A stretch of DNA of 64,000 nt, from contig NC_043018.1 of NCBI RefSeq assembly GCF_006345805.1, positions 3,782,001-3,846,000 of the forward strand. Direction: 5' to 3'. The notes beneath the pieces were generated by a model. It saw only the letters and a list, made by a program, of their open reading frames with translations. It was not told the DNA's origin and did no database searches. The stretch comes from Octopus sinensis. Lineage: Eukaryota. The translations under genes and the position numbers were made by a program. Shown here piece by piece: positions 60,701 through 64,000 of this stretch (positions are counted from its first letter, which is position 1; every line of letters begins with the position of its first letter).

Positions 60701-61284
60701 AGGCCAAACTAGTTCACTGTACATATACGTTCCATACAGATTTTTGCATTTGCGTACTTTTGTCACGGTTTGTCATATTTGTTTGGCTTTGATAGAACCG
60801 AACTGGTCAAACTAAAGGGTTTGACCAGAACCAAAAATAGTGTAACAGATGTACAACAACATGTAGTAAACGAATATGAAAAAAAATGTGCGCTGGCGAA
60901 CGTGGGGTGTATATACATACACACACATACGTCTGTGTGATTTGCATGCGATGTATACATATATAGAGAGTGGGCTGGAAATAATTATATATATATAAAT
61001 ATATAAATACATACGCGCACACACACATATACATAATACATACATACATGTGTGTGTGTATATATATATATATATATAATATATATATATTACATAATCT
61101 GGTGCCTGACTGAGGATACAGGGCTTCGAATGACCCGTCCTCCTTGTTTTCTTTGTATCGTCTATCTGGATGTTTTGTTGTCCCTTTTTGTATCACCTAA
61201 TTGTCCAGATGTTTTGCGTTCTTGTCCCATTTTGTATTTTATTATATATATATATATATATAGCAACACCTTATATCTCTACTA

Positions 61285-61354
<70 letters not shown>

Positions 61355-61361
61355 ACGATCA

Positions 61362-61590
61362 ATAGCATAGCTATTGATTGTAGCAGGTGGAGAAGGATTG
61401 TGCATGAGGGGACAGCCACGTTTGAGAAATCTCGAGTTGCACATGAGAAAGTAAGGAGGGATGTCAGGAAGGGCATCGCTGTTACACTTCCAGAAGGGAA
61501 GGGTCTTCCTTTGATTCTGACATGCAATGTCTGTGCAAGACCCTGCCTCAGTAAAGCTGGACTCATGAGTCATCTTCGTAGTCATAAAAC
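61362..61590 (+). mobile_element. RTE LINE C-terminus with terminal zinc finger
   Basis: AIDCSRWRRIVHEGTATFE..CNVCARPCLSKAGLMSHLRSH. Confidence 0.7.
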
Positions 61591-62169
61591 GAGACAGATA
61601 AGTGACAACCTGGCCACTGGTGGTGGTGTAACACGCCATACTAATCATATCTGTCGGCATGTGGAAGAGAGTGTAATTCGGCAGGAGGACTTAAACGACA
61701 TGCAAAGGTACATGAAGCCCAGTTACAACTACAGCCGGCTATTACCAGTAAAGGTCTTAGTTGCCAATTCTGTACAAGACATTGTAGATCTTTAGCTTGG
61801 CTAAAAAGTCACATTCGATCACAGCACCAATAACAGTTAAGCTTCGTGCAATGGCCATACTCGATAACGAGGGGGCAGCCATAATGTATGTACGTATGTA
61901 TGTATGTATGACGACTTGCTGCCTATATCCAAGAAATGGACCACGTACAGTGGTATGTATAAATTATTTTCAAAGCACAATTTCTGTAATTCTTTGTGGT
62001 AGCATACGTTTCTGTTTGAGAAAAGACTTGTACCTAGACCGAAGATGACCGAAGATGTTCCATCCGTGGCTATTCCACCTCGTTTCTTTTCGAAAATCAG
62101 GACAATATTAGGCACCACCACCATCACCACCACACCGACTTTGCTCATAGCTTCTTGGAAAAAAAGTTC

Positions 62170-62335
62170 TATTACTTGTTTCAGTCATTTGACTGTGGCC
62201 ATGCTTTAGTCGAACACGTCAACCCCAGGAATTATTCTTCGTAAGCCTAGTACTTATTCTATCAGTTTCGTTTGCTGAACCGCTAAGTTACGTGGACGTA
62301 AACACATCAGCATCGGTTGTCAAGCGATGGTGGGG
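62170..62335 (-). mobile_element. SINE family B 3' half
   Basis: ttacttgtttcagtcatttgactgtggccatgc. Confidence 0.7.
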
Positions 62336-62471
62336 GGTGGGACAGTTTAAAAACTGTTCTCTACAATCTTCCTCATCATCATCATCTTCATCATCATCAT
62401 CTCTCTCTCTCTCTCTTTCTCTCTCTTTCACACACACACATACTTTACAAGACTATAGTGTGCTGCCGCCG

Positions 62472-62502
<31 letters not shown>

Positions 62503-63039
62503 CACCGCTGCTGCTGCTGCTGCTGGTTGCTACAGTTGTGAAACTGCGTTCCTTGTCGACTTGTTTCCAGGACCGGAACGAGGTGAATTCCTTCGCCAAT
62601 CCTGGATCTGGAACTGGTAGCCATCTGGAAACTAAGGACCGGCTGACCTTATTGCTGTCTCAGCTGCTCTCCGCTGCCCTCCTTGCTTTTCCCTCTCCAT
62701 TTGTCAACCAGCTCCACTTCTTTAGAACAAAAACCCTCAAATGGCCTTTAGTATCACAGGTATAACTGCGAGGGCAATAGCATTGAATTCGATCTCGCGT
62801 TTTGCCACATAAAAATCACAGTTCAGTCATGAGCACAACCAAGATTTTATCCAATGAACAGCCGTTGTTCACCCGATAGTTCGGTGGTCTGACTAGAATC
62901 TTCCGTGGATGAGGCCTACAATTACAGCCAAAATGAGCGCCAAAAGTTCACAATGTCTCGAATCGTGTTTGGCGTACACCCTTCAAGAAGCTATTTTCAC
63001 AGCTGCATATTCAACCTGGAATGATCGAAAAAGATACAC

Positions 63040-63260
63040 CACGAGAGGGTGTTGAAAAGTTCCTGGCTTTAAAAGTGTCGCGAAAGGCCTGGTTGGAGGC
63101 CCAACCTTCCAAGTTCTTCGACAGGGTTTAGAATAACTGAAGGACCGCTGCAATAAGTGTGTGAATCTGAATGGGGATTATGTTGAATACAATTACAATT
63201 AACTGATCCATCTCTATTTTCTTTACTTAAAGCCAGGGACTTTTAAGCAAACCCTCGAAT
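63040..63260. mobile_element. Same mariner MITE family
   Basis: cgagagggtgttgaaaagttcctggc...gccagggacttttt. Confidence 0.75.
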
Positions 63261-63523
63261 TTGATACGTAAAAATTCTATGTATTGTATGAACACTTTTC
63301 CTATTAATATAACAAATAAATTATTTTCCAATGCATGAAGAAGCCTTCCTTGTTACAGGACTTTCATCATGCGCCATCAGTCCCATTCCTCAGTAATGAA
63401 AGGCTCTCGCATGGCTTTGTGTCTTTTGTTCATCGTTAATACTTACAAATCCATTCGTCTCGTGTCACCTCTTCACTAACCATAATCGCCCATAATGCGA
63501 TTCAAAGATGACAACCGTCCGAA

Positions 63524-63955
63524 GGCGGCGAGCTGGCAGAATCGTTAGCACGCCGGGTGAAATGCTTAGCGGTATTTTGTTTGCCGTTACGTTCTGAGTT
63601 CAAATTCCGCCGAGGTCGACTTTGCCTTTCATCCTTTCGGGGTCGATTAAATAAGTACCAGTTGCGCACTGAGGTCGATTTAATCGACTTAATCCGTTTG
63701 TCTGTCATTGTTTGTCCCTTCTGTGCTTAGCCCCTTGTGGGTAATAAAGAAATAGGTATTTCGTCTGCCATTACGTTACGAGTTCAAATTCCGCCGAGGT
63801 CGACTTTGCCTTTCATCCTTTAGGGGTCGATAAATTAAGTACCAGTTACGCACTGAGGTCGATTTAATCGACTTAATCCGTTTGTCTGTCATTGTTTGTC
63901 CCTTCTGTGTTTAGCCCCTTGTTGGTAGTAAAGAAATAGGTATTTCGTCTGTCTT
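63524..63955 (+). mobile_element. tRNA-derived SINE family A, head plus tandem 184 bp body repeats
   Basis: A box ggcagaatcgttag, B box gagttcaaattcc, core gcctttcatcctttcggggtcgat; body restarts at 63571, 63755 and 63939. Confidence 0.85.
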
Positions 63956-64000
63956 TAATCTCACACTGGCAACAGCGAAATAAAATCAAAACAACTAAAC

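Noticed and set aside
61106-61135. CTGACTGAGGA..TTCGAA hammerhead-like segment
   Set aside because: The core has an insertion, GAAA is incomplete and no helix I is found.
62292-62765. 157 aa ORF with Leu-rich, signal-peptide-like stretch
   Set aside because: Starts in a SINE; the Leu run comes from (CTG)n; no acceptor/donor pair or homology that I can support.

Overview
AT-rich, microsatellite-dense eukaryotic DNA. The repeat families look like cephalopod, most likely Octopus, but that assignment is an inference. One protein-coding gene is well supported: a minus-strand PRDM4 orthologue with 8 coding exons at 37871-57436. All 7 introns are GT-AG and phase-consistent, giving 926 aa if the ATG at 57426 is the start. 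The protein has a PR zinc knuckle, a PR/SET domain, 7 zinc fingers and an acidic tail. The rest is mostly transposon debris: R4/Dong-like, Tx1-like, CR1 and RTE retrotransposon 3' ends, three tRNA-derived SINE families, mariner and Sola-like transposase remnants, Helitrons, MITEs, and 36-38 bp minisatellites. The most notable signal, folded by eye only, is a set of type I hammerhead-ribozyme motifs in several unrelated Penelope-like repeat families. These include a canonical GUC-cleaving motif in sense orientation inside a PRDM4 intron, a tRNA-headed SINE-like unit whose body carries a minimal dimer-type hammerhead just downstream of the PRDM4 stop, and a ~400 bp palindrome with one hammerhead on each strand. 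Comparisons to named families and to human PRDM4 come from recall, not from searches. Repeat boundaries are approximate.
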